This document shows positions 60,352 through 64,000 of a DNA stretch of 64,000 nucleotides, one piece after another. The DNA comes from a bacterium BMS3Abin02. Lineage in GTDB: Bacteria > Actinomycetota > Acidimicrobiia > Spongiisociales > UBA4744. A program made the translations under genes and the position numbers. Position 1 is the stretch's first letter. Every line of letters begins with the position of its first letter. The stretch lies in assembly GCA_002897675.1 (NCBI GenBank), contig BDSU01000040.1:5201-69200 (forward strand), given 5' to 3'. The notes beneath the pieces are model-generated. The model saw only the letters and a list, made by a program, of their open reading frames with translations. It searched no databases and was not told the origin of the DNA.

Positions 60352-61599
60352 CACTTCGACCGGTAGGTCACGTCGCCGTTGTGCACCGTCGCCATCACAC
60401 GACCGGTCAGTGTTCGTCCCAGGAATGGAGAGTTCTCCGAACGTGAGGCGAACCGCCGCGGAGTCCACTCGACATCGGGAGCAAACACGACCACGTTGGC
60501 CGGCACGCCGGGCTCCAACCACCGCCCGTGCTCGCCGAGCCCTGCAACCTCGGCAGGCGCCACCGACATCCTCTCGAACAAGGAGACCGGATCCGGTGCC
60601 ACGAACGTTTGAACGACCGCTGCGGCCGTCTCGAGACCGATCACACCTCGTGGCGCCTCTTCGAACGGGACATCCTTTTCGGCCGCTGCATGTGGAGCAT
60701 GGTCGGTCGCCACCGCGTCGATCGTACCGTCCCGGAGAGCCTCGACGACAGCGACCACGTCCTCCGGGCTTCGAAGCGGCGGGTACATCTTGTACGCCGA
60801 GTCCATCCGTTCGATCTCGGTGTGATCAAGGGCAAGATGGTGCGGAGTAGCCTCCGCGGTCACCGGCAAACCTCGACGTTTTGCCGTTCGCACCAATTCA
60901 ACCGTGCCGGCGGTGGAAACGTGCTGCACGTGGTACCTGACGCCGGTGAGTTCGGCGAGCGCAAGATCCCTGGCAACGATCGTCTCCTCCGCGAGGGAAG
61001 GGATGCCCTGCATTCCGAGCCTCGAAGAGACGGCACCCTCGTGCATGTGAGCGTTGCGGGTCAACCCGGGATCCTCGGCGTGTTGGGCGACCGTTCCACC
61101 GAGGTCGGAAATGTACTCCATTGCATGACGCAGAAGTCCGGCGTCCTGCACGGTACTCCCGTCGTCGGAAAAGAGGCGCACACCGGCTTTCCACAGTTCG
61201 TCGAGATGCGCGAGGTGCTCACCGTTGCGTCCTAGCGTGATCGCCCCTGCAGGGATCACGTCCACGAGGCCGACTTCTCTCCCCCGTTCCTGGACATAGC
61301 GAGCGAGGTGTCCCGCATCGGTCGCCGGTTCGGTGTTCGCCATCGCCACGACGGCCGTGAATCCGCCGGCGGATGCCGACCTGGAGCCACTCTCGATGTC
61401 TTCCTTCCATTCCTGGCCGGGCTCACGAAAGTGAACGTGAAGGTCGACGAACCCCGGGCCCACGAGTGCTCCGCCACAGTCGATGACCTTCTCCGCGCGC
61501 AGTTGACCACCGACTTCGACCACTCGTCCTTCACGGATGAGCACATCCGCCACAGCCGGCCCGTCCGGTCCGAGAACGACGCCGCCTTGCAGCACGAGT

Positions 61600-61607
<8 letters not shown>
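60351..61607 (-). CDS. pyrC: Dihydroorotase
   Basis: Metal-binding motifs (GFVDLHVHFREPG, DHAPH). The start was set at MCELVLQGG. About 418 aa. Confidence 0.85.
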
Positions 61608-63581
<1,974 letters not shown>

Positions 63582-63585
<4 letters not shown>

Positions 63586-64000
63586 ACGCGTGTGATGTAG
63601 CTGCCGGTGCGGGTGTCCACCTTGATGTGGTCACCTTCCCCGACGAACAGAGGGACATGCACGACAAGCCCTGTCGAGACGGTGACCGGCTTCGTGGCCC
63701 CCGAGACACGGTCACCTTTGACACCCGGCTCGGCTTCAACGACCTCCATCTCGACCGATGCCGGCAACTCGACGGCGATGGGTACATCGCGATACATGGG
63801 CAGGATCGCCGTCAGCCCATCGACCAGGAACGACGCCGCGTCGCCCACTTGATCTTCGTTCAGTGCGAACTGAGCGTACGTTTCAAGGTCCATGAAGTGA
63901 TAGCCGAGGTCGTCACGGTACAGAAACTGATGTTCCCTACGGTCGATCACCGCCTGCTCGACGTTCTCGCCGGCTCGAAACGTGCGGTCGATCAGCGCGC
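63582..64000 (-). CDS. efp: Elongation factor P (C-terminal part). The gene continues beyond the window end.
   Basis: ...FMDLETYAQF...VELPASVEMEVVEAEPGVKGD...KPVTVSTGLVVHVPLFV matches EF-P domains II and III. The reading frame is open to nt 64000. Confidence 0.8.

Overview
This 64-kb window is high-GC (about 67-68 %) actinobacterial-type chromosome, dense with housekeeping genes, and carries one complete 16S-23S-5S rRNA operon on the minus strand. Gene order resembles mycobacterial/actinobacterial synteny. Beyond the rRNA operon the coding content is ordinary for core actinobacterial chromosome. The numerous long ORFs antisense to real genes are high-GC artefacts.

Gene content, left to right:
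- BFN/DUF151 nuclease fragment, RCK-type ion channel, MerR regulator, and a small hypothetical.
- gcvT-gcvPA-gcvPB, then an alpha/beta hydrolase, convergent adenosine deaminase and a GNAT acetyltransferase.
- yqgE, rnhB, a MEMO1-like protein, a CrtI-like FAD oxidoreductase, a beta-CASP RNase, an aldo/keto reductase, and an NhaP-type antiporter.
- Thioredoxin, galK, gamma-glutamyltransferase, an SSB-like protein, an MBL hydrolase and an L,D-transpeptidase.
- The rRNA operon, then a SudB/GltD-like oxidoreductase pair, an APH-like kinase, tyrS, a class A PBP with PASTA domains, mpg, argF, pheT-pheS, trmH, rplT-rpmI-infC.
- ribH-ribBA-ribE-ribD preceded by an FMN riboswitch.
- A REC-GGDEF regulator, rpe, fmt, def, priA, metK, coaBC, rpoZ, gmk, mihF.
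- pyrF-pyrD-pyrC-pyrB-pyrR, nusB, and the start of efp.

The most notable result is that the 23S rRNA gene is split by two related group I introns. One, near E. coli position 2604, carries an intact single-motif LAGLIDADG homing-endonuclease gene. The other, at the classical L1931 site, carries a frameshifted and internally deleted copy.

Other points worth follow-up:
- A PyrR-binding hairpin fused to a strong ribosome-binding site (RBS), with a 23-codon leader ORF coupled to pyrR through a TAATG overlap.
- An FMN riboswitch upstream of ribD.
- A SigH/SigR-type GGAAT-N18-GTT promoter in front of a thioredoxin with an atypical CRPC active site.
- A perfect 17-bp inverted repeat in a divergent promoter region.
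- A 1.1-kb gene-free gap with an AT-rich island.
- Non-AUG starts at infC and one other gene.
- A GGDDF-variant diguanylate cyclase sitting between rpe and the rib operon, where rsmB would normally be.
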